Below, piece after piece: positions 17,930 through 26,727 of a stretch of DNA of 32,000 nt. The position numbers and the translations under genes were made by a program. Position 1 is the stretch's first letter, and each line of letters begins with the position of its first letter. The DNA comes from Nitrospirota bacterium (GTDB lineage Bacteria > Nitrospirota > Nitrospiria > Nitrospirales > Nitrospiraceae), in contig CAWKLH010000025.1 in the NCBI GenBank assembly GCA_963850405.1, forward strand, positions 223,554 to 255,553, given 5' to 3'. Under the pieces are notes generated by a model. The model did not search any database. It saw only the letters and a list, made by a program, of their open reading frames with translations, and was not told where the DNA came from.

Positions 17930-18400
17930 ATGAAAGCCAAAGAAGGCGTCCTTGAGTTTCTTAGTCAGGTGCTCAGATCCGAGTTGACGGCCGTTCACCA
18001 GTACTTGTTGCACGCGGCGCTGTGTAAGAATTGGGGATACGAGCGGCTGCATGAGCACTACAGTCACTTGGCGAATGAAGAAGTCCAACACTCTGCCGGG
18101 CTGATAGACCATATCTTGTACCTAAACGGTACACCAGAGGTAGGACATCTCGATACCGTGGCGCATGGGCCAAATGTGGAAGTGCTGCTTCGCGCCGATC
18201 TGGAATTTGAACGCGAAGACGTCGAATTGCTTCGAGGGGCGATCGCTCATTGCGCGAAAGTCAGTGATTTCACAACCCGTCATTTGCTCGAACATATGAT
18301 TGAAGATTCAGAAGATCACGTCGACTGGTTTGAGACTCGGCTGAGAACCATCGGTCAGGTTGGCCTCGACCGGTTCTTGTCAGAGCAGATCAAGAAGTAA
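17930..18400 (+). CDS. bfr: Bacterioferritin subunit, ferroxidase type (Met52 replaced by Val)
   Basis: It starts 8 nt after the first bfr. The 156 aa align without gaps: E18, E51, V52, H54, E94, S127/E128, H130. Confidence 0.9.
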   Translation: MKAKEGVLEFLSQVLRSELTAVHQYLLHAALCKNWGYERLHEHYSHLANEEVQHSAGLIDHILYLNGTPEVGHLDTVAHGPNVEVLLRADLEFEREDVELLRGAIAHCAKVSDFTTRHLLEHMIEDSEDHVDWFETRLRTIGQVGLDRFLSEQIKK

Positions 18401-18473
18401 GCGAAGGGGTGACTCGGTATATGAACGGCAGTGTCCCAACCCACGTCAGTCTTGGAGCTGAAGGGCAATTGCT

Positions 18474-18760
18474 CTAGTCCGCATTATTCATACACCCTTG
18501 CTGCTCAGGAGACAAGGCGATTCCAAAGAGTGCAGTAGTTGGACCACCGAAGTCGAGAAGGGCCACACCGTTGCCGTTGAGTCTCGTCGCACGTTGGCCG
18601 TCTGTTTCCCCTGTCCCACGATCAAGACACGTTGGTCCGGCAGGACTTTCAGCGTTCTGCTCCGGTCGTCTTGGCCGATAATGTCGATGACTGCCACGCC
18701 TTCGTCCCCGTAGGTCTTATCCCAGGTTCCATCTGTCAAGAATCGCGCTCATAACCCGCA
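18474..18760 (-). pseudogene. Fragment of a delta-60-repeat (beta-propeller-like) protein, frameshifted
   Basis: One frame reads DGTWDKTYGDEGVAVIDIIGQDDRSRTLKVLPDQRVLIVG. The next repeat, ATRLNGNGVALLDFGGPTTALFGIALSPEQQG, is in another frame. There is no plausible N-terminus or signal peptide. Confidence 0.45.
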
Positions 18761-19139
18761 CATCACATACGTCCTATCGGTTCCGGTCTCTTCAGCACGC
18801 ATGATCTAGCCTGTCTCCATCCACAAACAGTGGGCTGAAACCTCCACCACTTCTCGAGCGTTCAACGCGCTATGCAATACGACTCACTCACAAGCAGGAA
18901 AAAGTCTTGAGCCATGCTGTGAGCCGTCGCGTCTTGAGCGATCGTGCCAGCCCTCTGGCCTGTCCCTGTTGACGTTGAAAACATCGGCACTTGATGCACC
19001 ATAGCTGCGGATTGCGATGGCAGATCGGTTCGTGACAGCGCAGGCAGGTTGTGATGAGTGCATATGCATATGGGGCTGATTGCATGGGTTCTCTCTCGTT
19101 TCGTGATGGTGTTTGGGGTGTGGCCAGTGACCGAGGCAA

Positions 19140-20870
19140 TTACTGATAGTCCTCGTTCAATGCCTTTAGGAAAGCTGCTAGCGGGGCGACATCCTGAGCT
19201 GTGAGGCCAATCCCCCCCAGTTCACGATCGCCGTTCCGCAGACCACCTGTACGTTGGAGGTCTGATACCTCACGGTAGAAATCCACAATCTGCTCAAGTG
19301 TGTCGAATTGACCGTTGTGCATGAAGGGCTCCGAGTGTCCGAGGTCGCGAAGGCCGGGTGTCTTGAATCGCGCAATTGCACGATCGAGAAGGGTTGCATC
19401 CGGTAGTGGACAAGGCTGTTGATCGTCGCAGAGCAGCGCATGGATCTTTGGCTGCGGTTCTGGCATGTCTGGATTGGCGAACACGTTCCACGCTCCAAGA
19501 TCCGTTAAGACCGGAAGGCCGACTGTCGGGATGGCGCGGAATGGTTCACGCGCGGCTGGATGGGTCTCTGTGGCTGGAAGGAACTGGTCGTAGTTGCTAT
19601 TCCGGGTGGCCAAGTTTGGAATCGACAAGCTTGTGAATTGTCCGGCCCCGTGGATGAGATCGTATTCTTTCTGCGTCGTGCCGGTGTTATGCAGTTTAAA
19701 ATCCGTAAAGTTGGGTACCGCATGACAGGCGATACAATTCCCGATCTTACCAGCACTTCTTTCAGCTGGTGAGGCGGGCAGCGCTGAGGGTTCCGCTAGG
19801 AATATCTTCAATCCAGCGAGCTCTGTGGCTCCGAACGCGAAGGCTTGAGTATGAAATTGAAACCGTCCATCTGTTCGGTTGGGGTTGGAGGTCACGAACT
19901 GCGGAGAGAATCCTGGCGCATTCACAAGCGCTCGGAGTCGTTGGCTATAGGTGAGCGGTGACTCGTTCGGATTTGGCTGCTGGGGGAGTGCGTTGGTCTC
20001 CAGAAAGACATCGAAGGGAGAGCGGATCGGCGCGCCGCTTTCTTCGGTTTGCGAAAAGAGGAGGCCGTTGACGTACGCCGCGACCACCCGCACGACGGCA
20101 TCAAAAATTTCTTGATCGCTACCTGATCCGACAAAGGCACGAAATTTAGCAGGCAGGCTGAGCTCATCAGGAATAGAAGGGTCGGTGCCAGTAAACACAA
20201 TGCGATAAGACAAGCCGGTGTCGGTCAGGTCAAAGGAGCCATCATCTTCCCGAACCACCCTTGCAATGTGCTGAATGGCCTGGGCTCTTTCTCCTGGTAG
20301 CCAGCCGAAGTTCCGTCCGGTAAAGGTTGCCGCGATCAAGTCTTCCATGGAGTTAAACTCAGCATCGAAATGGAACAAAACGCCTCCTGGCCTCTCCAGA
20401 GTCGAATTGACTAATGGCGGAGAGTTTCGTGGAGCGTGCGTCTTACCATCGGTTCTTGCCGGAATCGGGCTTCGGCGCGCGAAGTCGGCATAGGTTCGCA
20501 TACCGCCACCAGGAGATGAGAGGACGTCATCCACTAAATGGCAGGCGCGACAGTTCATCGACATCCCTTTGAACGGTCCCGGGTCGATCGGTGCGCCCAA
20601 GGTTTCAAGTGTATTGACGACGCCATCGCCTGCCTTAGGATCGTTGATGGCGCCACCATTACCCAAGAACACCTTGAACGCTTGGGCGAATCGCGTGTCC
20701 AGAAATAACCGTTCCCCGAGAGCTTCTGCGGCTGCCGGTGTCCCAGTAGCCGTGGGCGGCGGGGGAGTATTCTCAGGTCCTGAGCAGGCGGCAAGTTCAG
20801 CGAGCAAAAGAATCATCGGGAGGAAGGTATGGGTGATCTTTGGTTGAGGTGCAGTGAGTGTCGGGCTCAT
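19140..20870 (-). CDS. Diheme cytochrome c peroxidase / MauG-family lipoprotein (large form)
   Basis: Two CxxCH motifs (CRACH, CIACH) about 275 residues apart and a lipobox (LAACSG). The start is uncertain: ATG at 20870 with AAAGGAA upstream, or GTG at 20930. Confidence 0.8.
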   Translation of the reverse strand: MSPTLTAPQPKITHTFLPMILLLAELAACSGPENTPPPPTATGTPAAAEALGERLFLDTRFAQAFKVFLGNGGAINDPKAGDGVVNTLETLGAPIDPGPFKGMSMNCRACHLVDDVLSSPGGGMRTYADFARRSPIPARTDGKTHAPRNSPPLVNSTLERPGGVLFHFDAEFNSMEDLIAATFTGRNFGWLPGERAQAIQHIARVVREDDGSFDLTDTGLSYRIVFTGTDPSIPDELSLPAKFRAFVGSGSDQEIFDAVVRVVAAYVNGLLFSQTEESGAPIRSPFDVFLETNALPQQPNPNESPLTYSQRLRALVNAPGFSPQFVTSNPNRTDGRFQFHTQAFAFGATELAGLKIFLAEPSALPASPAERSAGKIGNCIACHAVPNFTDFKLHNTGTTQKEYDLIHGAGQFTSLSIPNLATRNSNYDQFLPATETHPAAREPFRAIPTVGLPVLTDLGAWNVFANPDMPEPQPKIHALLCDDQQPCPLPDATLLDRAIARFKTPGLRDLGHSEPFMHNGQFDTLEQIVDFYREVSDLQRTGGLRNGDRELGGIGLTAQDVAPLAAFLKALNEDYQ

Positions 20871-20960
20871 GGCGTCGTGGTTCCTTTCTGCAAAATCTGT
20901 TTGGTCCTTCTGAACGCTCTCTTGGCTCACATCTACGGGAGTCCATCGTTATGAATGGGA

Positions 20961-21023
20961 GGCACGGGCCCTCGGGAGGTGAGGGCCCGTGCCCGCAAAG
21001 TGGGAGCGGTGGGGGCTCCCACT
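20961..21023 (-). terminator. Two tandem GC-rich hairpins after the HD-GYP gene
   Basis: First hairpin: GGCACGGGCCCTC / GAGGGCCCGTGCC, 13-bp stem, 20961-20993. Second hairpin: AGTGGGAGC / GCTCCCACT, 9-bp stem, 20999-21023. They lie between the HD-GYP stop (21056) and the CCP-like start. The U-tract is poor. Confidence 0.5.
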
Positions 21024-21055
21024 TCGAGGCCGGCGTCGGATGTACGCCGACTGCG

Positions 21056-21748
21056 CTACCGGTGAGGTCTGTCCCTTACACACATGGTTTCCGGCTCTCT
21101 CATGAGTTCGGCCAGGAGACCGACGACCGAGGGGTCAAATTGAGTTCCTGCAGCCACCTGGAGAATTCGAAGTGCAATGCGATCTCGAAGGGGGCGATCG
21201 TAAACTGAAGGGACCTGGATAGCTTCGAATGCATCGGCAACTGCGAGTATTCTTCCTCCCAACGGGATGAACGTTCCCCTGAGTCCATAGGGATATCCCG
21301 ATCCGTCCCATCGCTCGTGGTGATGGGCGATCATGACTGTGGCCTCACGAAGGAATGAAAAAGGTTCTAGCAGCGTGGCTCCCAGCCGCGGGTGGTTTTG
21401 AATCGCCACATAGGAGTCTGGCTCAAACCATTCGCGTTTGGTTTGCAAGCAGGGTGGAAGCATGAGAACGCCGATATCGTGAAGCAGGGAGGCCAGCTTG
21501 AGCTGATGCAACTCCTCGTCGGTGAGATGTGCGGCCCGTCCGATCTGAAGTGCGATCGCCGCTGTTCCCTGGCCATGCCCGGCCTGCCACGGTAGAAGCC
21601 GGTCCAGTTCTTTCGCCACTTGCCGAACCAGAATACTTTCCAGATCGCGCCGTGAGGCGGATGGCAGATGGAGACGATCGATCTTTGTGAGCATGCTCTG
21701 AATGGTCAAGACGGCCGGCTCGATCCGATCTGCACCATCGACATGCAT
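21056..21748 (-). CDS. HD-GYP domain protein (putative c-di-GMP phosphodiesterase)
   Basis: LLHDIGVL and HHHERWDGSGYPYGL motifs. ATG at 21748 has GGAGG 7 nt upstream; the ORF-track start at 21793 has a poor RBS. Confidence 0.85.
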   Translation of the reverse strand: MHVDGADRIEPAVLTIQSMLTKIDRLHLPSASRRDLESILVRQVAKELDRLLPWQAGHGQGTAAIALQIGRAAHLTDEELHQLKLASLLHDIGVLMLPPCLQTKREWFEPDSYVAIQNHPRLGATLLEPFSFLREATVMIAHHHERWDGSGYPYGLRGTFIPLGGRILAVADAFEAIQVPSVYDRPLRDRIALRILQVAAGTQFDPSVVGLLAELMREPETMCVRDRPHR

Positions 21749-21854
21749 GATGCTGCCTCCTGTAAAAAACGAAGAGCCCAGAATCGCTCGCATGATCCTG
21801 GGCTCTGGGCGAATAGCCGCTGGCCTCTAAATGGTGTACCGCCAACTGAGATGG

Positions 21855-22373
21855 TTAGGACCCTTTGGGGTGCTTCCCTCCCATTAAAGGCTGTCCCAGT
21901 ATCCACATTTCATACAGTGGGACCACCATCATGACTAAGAAACTGATCGTCATGAGGATATCTCCGGTCAACATTGAGATCACAAACATAGGAGACACGT
22001 AGCTAATCAGCCATGGCGATACCAGATCGAGCATCACGCCACCGAAGCCAGCCCATGTAGTGACGGCCTTGAGGGTATGGCTTGCGCTGGTCAGGTACAT
22101 CACATGAATCAGAATCATGAAGACGACCGGCATCGTAAAGAGATGAAAATGGGTAATTTCAGCCAGCTCGCGAAACGACATCGGTTCCCCGAATGTCGCG
22201 TCCGATCCTCGATAGTGCTCAGCAATGCCTTGCGGTGACAATCCCGTCATGCTGTGTGCCCAAAAAAACGAAAATGTAAATCCAGCTAGCATCAAGAGTA
22301 AGAATAATGTGTAGAGCAACCGGATATGGCGATCTGAATCACGGAGCCGGAATTTCTGGTTAAAGTTTCGCAT
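21855..22373 (-). CDS. Small 4-TM membrane protein, His-rich in and near the helices, unknown family
   Basis: 172 aa with four hydrophobic segments and His in WAHS, AEHYRG, ITHFHLF and LIHVMY. It starts 25 nt downstream of the FMN-binding gene. Confidence 0.7.
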   Translation of the reverse strand: MRNFNQKFRLRDSDRHIRLLYTLFLLLMLAGFTFSFFWAHSMTGLSPQGIAEHYRGSDATFGEPMSFRELAEITHFHLFTMPVVFMILIHVMYLTSASHTLKAVTTWAGFGGVMLDLVSPWLISYVSPMFVISMLTGDILMTISFLVMMVVPLYEMWILGQPLMGGKHPKGS

Positions 22374-22398
22374 GTCTGGGACGCTGGGTCCGCTTCAG

Positions 22399-23067
22399 CT
22401 AGTTTCCGAAGATGGACGGGAACAACCCTCTGTCTTTTTTTGCGGCCAGCGTGTCGCTGCCGATCCCGGATGGTTTTAAATAGAACTCATCAACCAACAC
22501 AAGCACACGCTTAATACCGGCACTCATGGAGCGTACAGACATGGTCGCCCCGCTGATGTTAATGATGTCTTTGTTGATCCGAACCGGATCGAGGACGGAC
22601 TTGCCCTCATACTGGGCGTTAAACCGTTTTTGCCGAACCTCGCTCCCACGCGCTTCGCGGAACACCAGAAGCTCGATATCTGATACAAAACCCTTGTTGT
22701 CGATGCCGACCATGTAGGTCATCGGCTTATGCTTGCCGATGGTGCTCTGAACGATCGCGTAACCGTCAATCTGGGACCCGGTTTCCCCAATATAGACTTC
22801 GAAAGACTCTTCGGGGAACTTCCAGCCGATACGCTCTTCAATGAGGGCCTTTTTCTCAGGGCTGAGCTTGATGAGCTCTTTACGAACTCGTTCGGACTTC
22901 GGAAGTATGACCTTAAGGCCGTCTTCTTCTCGCAGATAGACCTCGGCCATGTTCATTTCTTGCTCAGTCAAATAGCGTTTGAGATCGTTGTCCCAAACAC
23001 GCTCTGCGCCCATTGATACGATCGGCGTCATGAACAGGGCGATGAGCACCGAGAGAAGTCTCATCAT
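22399..23067 (-). CDS. Periplasmic FMN-binding domain protein (NosR/RnfG-type FMN_bind, ApbE substrate-like)
   Basis: Signal peptide; FMN_bind-like core (GKHKPMTYMVGIDNKGFVSDIELLVFREARG) and the flavinylation motif DIINISGATMSVRS. ATGA overlap with the upstream lipoprotein gene. Confidence 0.8.
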   Translation of the reverse strand: MMRLLSVLIALFMTPIVSMGAERVWDNDLKRYLTEQEMNMAEVYLREEDGLKVILPKSERVRKELIKLSPEKKALIEERIGWKFPEESFEVYIGETGSQIDGYAIVQSTIGKHKPMTYMVGIDNKGFVSDIELLVFREARGSEVRQKRFNAQYEGKSVLDPVRINKDIINISGATMSVRSMSAGIKRVLVLVDEFYLKPSGIGSDTLAAKKDRGLFPSIFGN

Positions 23068-23519
23068 CGTGATGCCTCACACCCCTTGTCTTTGAGTCGT
23101 GCGGTGAGCTTTCCCGTGATCTCGTCCATCACTTCATCAGACGGTTCAATTGGCCACCACCTGGTCGCCTGTTGGGTCGCTCCGCCTCTGGCATGCCAGC
23201 GTTGTCTGGTTTCGAGTACATTTACCGAGGACTGGTCATTGTTGCTCTTGACGACAACCGTTAAGCGGGCTCGTTCACGGTTGCCGAATCCCTCTCGTCC
23301 CAAGATTCCGTAAGGCCGGGTTTTCCCTTCCATTTCCACCCAGGCCGTCTCGATGGTGCCAGCACTTTTGTCTTCCGCTGTGACTGAGTAGCCTTTCATG
23401 GTGTCTAGCGTTGCTTCCCAGGCGGCATCATAGGGGCAGACAAATGCGTGGTCATGGCCACCACTCAACGATGCACAGGCTGTTAACGCTAAAAACGGAA
23501 GGAGAAGAATTACGCGCAT
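23064..23519 (-). CDS. Lipoprotein of unknown function
   Basis: Lipobox LTAC/AS, 151 aa, translationally coupled to the FMN-binding gene. Confidence 0.7.
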   Translation of the reverse strand: MRVILLLPFLALTACASLSGGHDHAFVCPYDAAWEATLDTMKGYSVTAEDKSAGTIETAWVEMEGKTRPYGILGREGFGNRERARLTVVVKSNNDQSSVNVLETRQRWHARGGATQQATRWWPIEPSDEVMDEITGKLTARLKDKGCEASR

Positions 23520-23579
23520 AGGTTGGTTCCTATCCTGTCATGGTGAGGGAGGCCGGCATTCGCCAGCCTCCCCTTGCTC

Positions 23580-25058
23580 CTAAAAATACGTGGCTGCTGA
23601 AATGACAAACGCACTGTCATGAATACGCTGGTCGTTGTTCGGATTGAGAGATTTCGGCATGTACTGATAGCTCATCTTGAGGACGGCATCTTCGACGGGG
23701 CGGTAGTTCAACCCGAACGAAATCTGTTCGAGCTCGCCCCCATTCTCTCCTTTGTTGCCTAAATTCAAATTCACTCGATCATAGCGAATGACCGCGGTGA
23801 AGGTTGAGCCTTCCCCGAACCGTTTGGGGGAGAGCTTTGTTAAGAAGGACGGCATGAAGTGATAGTTGCCTTGAATGTAAAACCCCTGCATTCTTTCAGG
23901 GGGCAAGCCGAGGGGATTCAGTGTGCCGATGCCGGTCAGTAATGAGCCTGGCGAAATCCCTTGGAAGGTATTGCCGGTGATTGCCCGTGAGTTTCCTCGC
24001 GCATGGGCCCAGGCTGCTTCACCGATAAGTTCAAACGGCCCTTTTTGAATCGTCCAATCAATCGCGAAGATGCTGAGTGGATTGTAACTCGTCGCTGATT
24101 GGTTGCCGAAGTAGCCTGATCCTGCCACTTCCACACCGAGTATGGGACTGAAGGCCAGACGGCCGGACACCGCTTTGCCGTTATTGATGTCCAGCCCATC
24201 TGCGGAGCCACATTTCCGCTGACGGGCTTCTTTTGTGCCTCCCGTTTCTGTGACGCGTGGTTCGCCATCGCCGTTATAGCCGCAGGGGCCGGTCGTAAAG
24301 TACACTTCGTAATCGAGTTTGCCGGTTCGGCCTGGGTAAAACGTGCCATACAAGCCGGCGCCTGTTTCGGACATGGTCGAGGGAATGATCAGTCGGCTGA
24401 CAATAGGTCGATCAGTCAGGTCGTTTAATGGAGAATCGTGCAGAAGGTTAAACTTCCCGAGGGGGATGAGGACAATTCCTCCTCGCAGGTTGACCTTTTC
24501 ATTAACAAGATAGTCAACATGAGCAAATTCCAGGCTGATCTCCACGTCGTTGGTTGCCCTGATGCCATGTTCGATCTCGATTTCTGAGGCAAACTTGAGA
24601 TGTTCAGTGATGTCAGCGTAAATAAAGGGGACGAATCGTTGCTGGTCGAATCCATTGGTGGTTCCACCATCCCGCCCTGATTCAAGCACAGAGTTTCGGT
24701 GTGCGCGATATTGAATGTCGAAATATCCACCGACGATCGCCTTGGGGAATGACACAAACGGCTTCGCATAGATCAGCCTGCCGGATCCGCTTGAACCGAA
24801 CGAGAGAGGGGCTTGCTGCTCTACCCGCCGCTCCTTACCGACTTCTGGAAGTGAGCCGATTCCAGGCTCTGCTGCAGGTGTGGCGGAACCTTCACGCCGC
24901 TCCGTGGTGCCCTCGCGGCGTTCGCGCTCTTGCAGACGTTTTTCTACTGCCTCATCCACCAATTTCTTAATGTCCTCTGGGGTCAAGTTTTCTGCTAGCG
25001 CCGGCATGACCGGCAAGCTCATGATCACGAGAGCCCCGAGGATTGACCGTAACTTCAT
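23580..25058 (-). CDS. Outer-membrane porin-like beta-barrel with N-terminal coiled-coil
   Basis: GGAGG RBS, signal peptide (PALA/EN) and a charged helical segment (EDIKKLVDEAVEKRLQERERRE). The rest shows an alternating beta-strand pattern ending in a C-terminal aromatic residue (...SAATYF). Confidence 0.75.
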   Translation of the reverse strand: MKLRSILGALVIMSLPVMPALAENLTPEDIKKLVDEAVEKRLQERERREGTTERREGSATPAAEPGIGSLPEVGKERRVEQQAPLSFGSSGSGRLIYAKPFVSFPKAIVGGYFDIQYRAHRNSVLESGRDGGTTNGFDQQRFVPFIYADITEHLKFASEIEIEHGIRATNDVEISLEFAHVDYLVNEKVNLRGGIVLIPLGKFNLLHDSPLNDLTDRPIVSRLIIPSTMSETGAGLYGTFYPGRTGKLDYEVYFTTGPCGYNGDGEPRVTETGGTKEARQRKCGSADGLDINNGKAVSGRLAFSPILGVEVAGSGYFGNQSATSYNPLSIFAIDWTIQKGPFELIGEAAWAHARGNSRAITGNTFQGISPGSLLTGIGTLNPLGLPPERMQGFYIQGNYHFMPSFLTKLSPKRFGEGSTFTAVIRYDRVNLNLGNKGENGGELEQISFGLNYRPVEDAVLKMSYQYMPKSLNPNNDQRIHDSAFVISAATYF

Positions 25059-25394
25059 TGATATCCTCCGTCATAGAATAAGTGTTATGGCCTGACTCGG
25101 GACTCGATGGTCTCTGGTCGCGTCAATCGAAATATGGGGTATATCAAACGGATAGTGGCGCCTCCTTTTTTAATCACGTGATGCTATGGTGAAACCGCTC
25201 CCCAGCCTTCGATCATGAAGAAAAAGGGATCACAACAATACGCTTACACCGTTTACATTTGAGTTCCAGCCCTTGTCCGCATACCTTGGCGATCAATTGT
25301 CCACACTCACAGCGCGTTTCATGAGTCGGATCGTATTCCAGCGATGGTGCCTTGATGCGTAGTCATGATATGCGATGATTGATAGATTGAAATT

Positions 25395-25413
25395 GAGAAC
25401 GATTATTAATATC
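25395..25413. promoter_or_regulatory. Candidate Fur box
   Basis: GAGAACGATTATTAATATC matches the 19-bp consensus GATAATGATAATCATTATC at 14/19 positions (hand count). It overlaps the -10 element of the promoter at 25406-25434. Confidence 0.5.
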
Positions 25414-25434
25414 CGATCAGTGTTCCGCTGTCAA
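25406..25434 (-). promoter_or_regulatory. Candidate sigma70 promoter of the porin/FMN-binding operon
   Basis: On the minus strand, perfect TTGACA (25434-25429), a 17-nt spacer, then TATTAA (25411-25406). This would give a leader of about 340 nt before the porin ATG. Confidence 0.55.
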
Positions 25435-25683
25435 GTCGGAAGTTCTTCCTGGTAAGGTGGATGTCTGTGTGCGTTTCCAGAGTCGCTTGTCTTACAATTT
25501 CCACATGAGGATATGCGCTGTTGCCAAGAACTTCTGTTAATAAATATCCAACCCTTGGTGGGCGCTCCATGGTTGAGATCCTTCCTCATCCGGTGCAGAG
25601 AGAAGAGCAGTTTACGAAGTGATGTGTATTCTGCGATGTTCCGGAATAGTTCATCGGCACTTGGGGGTGAGAATAATCTGGCG

Positions 25684-26713
25684 ATGAAGTCTCTCCTTCT
25701 AAACGCTAGGTCCATAGCGATAGCCGGTCTTGCACTGGCATCCTTCGCGAGTTGCGCCGAGGTGTCACCCTCCCCCCTGCCCGTCGTCGTAAAGCGAACT
25801 CAAATGCATATGGGGACCCTGGTTACGATCACGGCTGTGTCGCCCGACCAAGATGTGGGCAACCGGGCGATGCAGGCCGCATTCGATGAGATCAAGCGAC
25901 TCGAACAGTTACTGAGCACCTGGCGTTCTGACAGCGAACTGTCACGGGTGAATCAAGCAGGCCGGCCGTCAGCCTGTCCAGGTGAGTTCTGAGACGCTTG
26001 AGCTGGTCACTCGATCTCTGGAGCTAGGGCGCCTGACTCATGGGTGGGTTCAATATTGCACTCGGTCCTGCCATCGAAGCCTGGAGTGTAATCGAACGGC
26101 AGCGCATTCCTGATGAGAGGGAGTTGCAACGATTGAAGCCTCTCGTCGATTGGACACGCATTCAAGTCAATAAAGAAGCGCGGACTATTTATCTGCCGCA
26201 TACGGGAATGCGTATTGATGTTGGTGGGATTGGGAAGGGATACGCAGCCGATCGGGCGGTGGAGGAGATGAAACGAGTGGGAGTGAGGGCGGGCGTGGTT
26301 GCGCTATCAGGAGACATCAAAACTTTCGGTGTCCTGCCGGACCGAAAGGGGTTTCCGGTCGGTATCAGGCATCCACGTCGAGGAAGGAGGATTGATTGCC
26401 ATGATCGACCTGAACGATGAAGCCGATTTCAACAGCGGGTGATTACGAACGGTTTTTCGAACGAGATGGCGTCCGGTATCATCACATCTTGGACCCGCAA
26501 ACATTACAGCCGGCACGAGCTTGTCAGAGCGTCACGGTGATTGCCAAAGAAGGCACGATGGCTGACGGATTGGATACAGGGATTTTCGTGTTAGGACCCG
26601 AACAGGGGATGGCGTTGGTGGAGCGCTTGCCGGGGGTTGAGGCGATCATCATCGACCAGGAGGGCACGATCACTGTCTCATCCGGACTCCGTGGTCGGCT
26701 GCACGCGCCATGA
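25684..26713 (+). pseudogene. apbE: ApbE-family FAD:protein FMN transferase lipoprotein, broken by four +1 frameshifts
   Basis: ApbE-like sequence runs through frames 1>2>0>1>2. The segments read ...SELSRVNQAG | GRQPVQVSSETLELV...LTHG | GFNIALGPAIEAW...IDVGGIGKGYAAD...GIRHPR | EEGGLIAMIDLNDEA | ISTAGDYERFFERDGVRYHHILDP... Extra nucleotides sit at about 25963, 26045, 26379 and 26425. Removing them gives 342 codons. Lipobox FASC. Confidence 0.8.
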
Positions 26714-26727
26714 GGTGCCGAGGAGGA

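Noticed and set aside
18888-19139. TTG-initiated 83-aa ORF with CLRCHEPICH...CIKCRC directly after the CCP-like stop
   Set aside because: The Cys pairs hint at a zinc ribbon. However, the start is non-canonical, no RBS is visible, the rest is basic low-complexity sequence and I recognise no family. It is worth a TBLASTN check only.
20858-21208. 116-aa plus-strand ORF across the CCP/HD-GYP intergenic region
   Set aside because: It spans the two GC-rich hairpins and is antisense to the 3' end of HD-GYP. It is Gly/Ser-rich with no RBS, so I treat it as spurious.
25059-25400. Possible riboswitch (for example an FMN/RFN element) in the 340-nt leader of the porin/FMN-binding operon
   Set aside because: I read the minus strand looking for the conserved RFN core motifs and found nothing resembling them. 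A covariance-model scan would be needed to exclude other classes.
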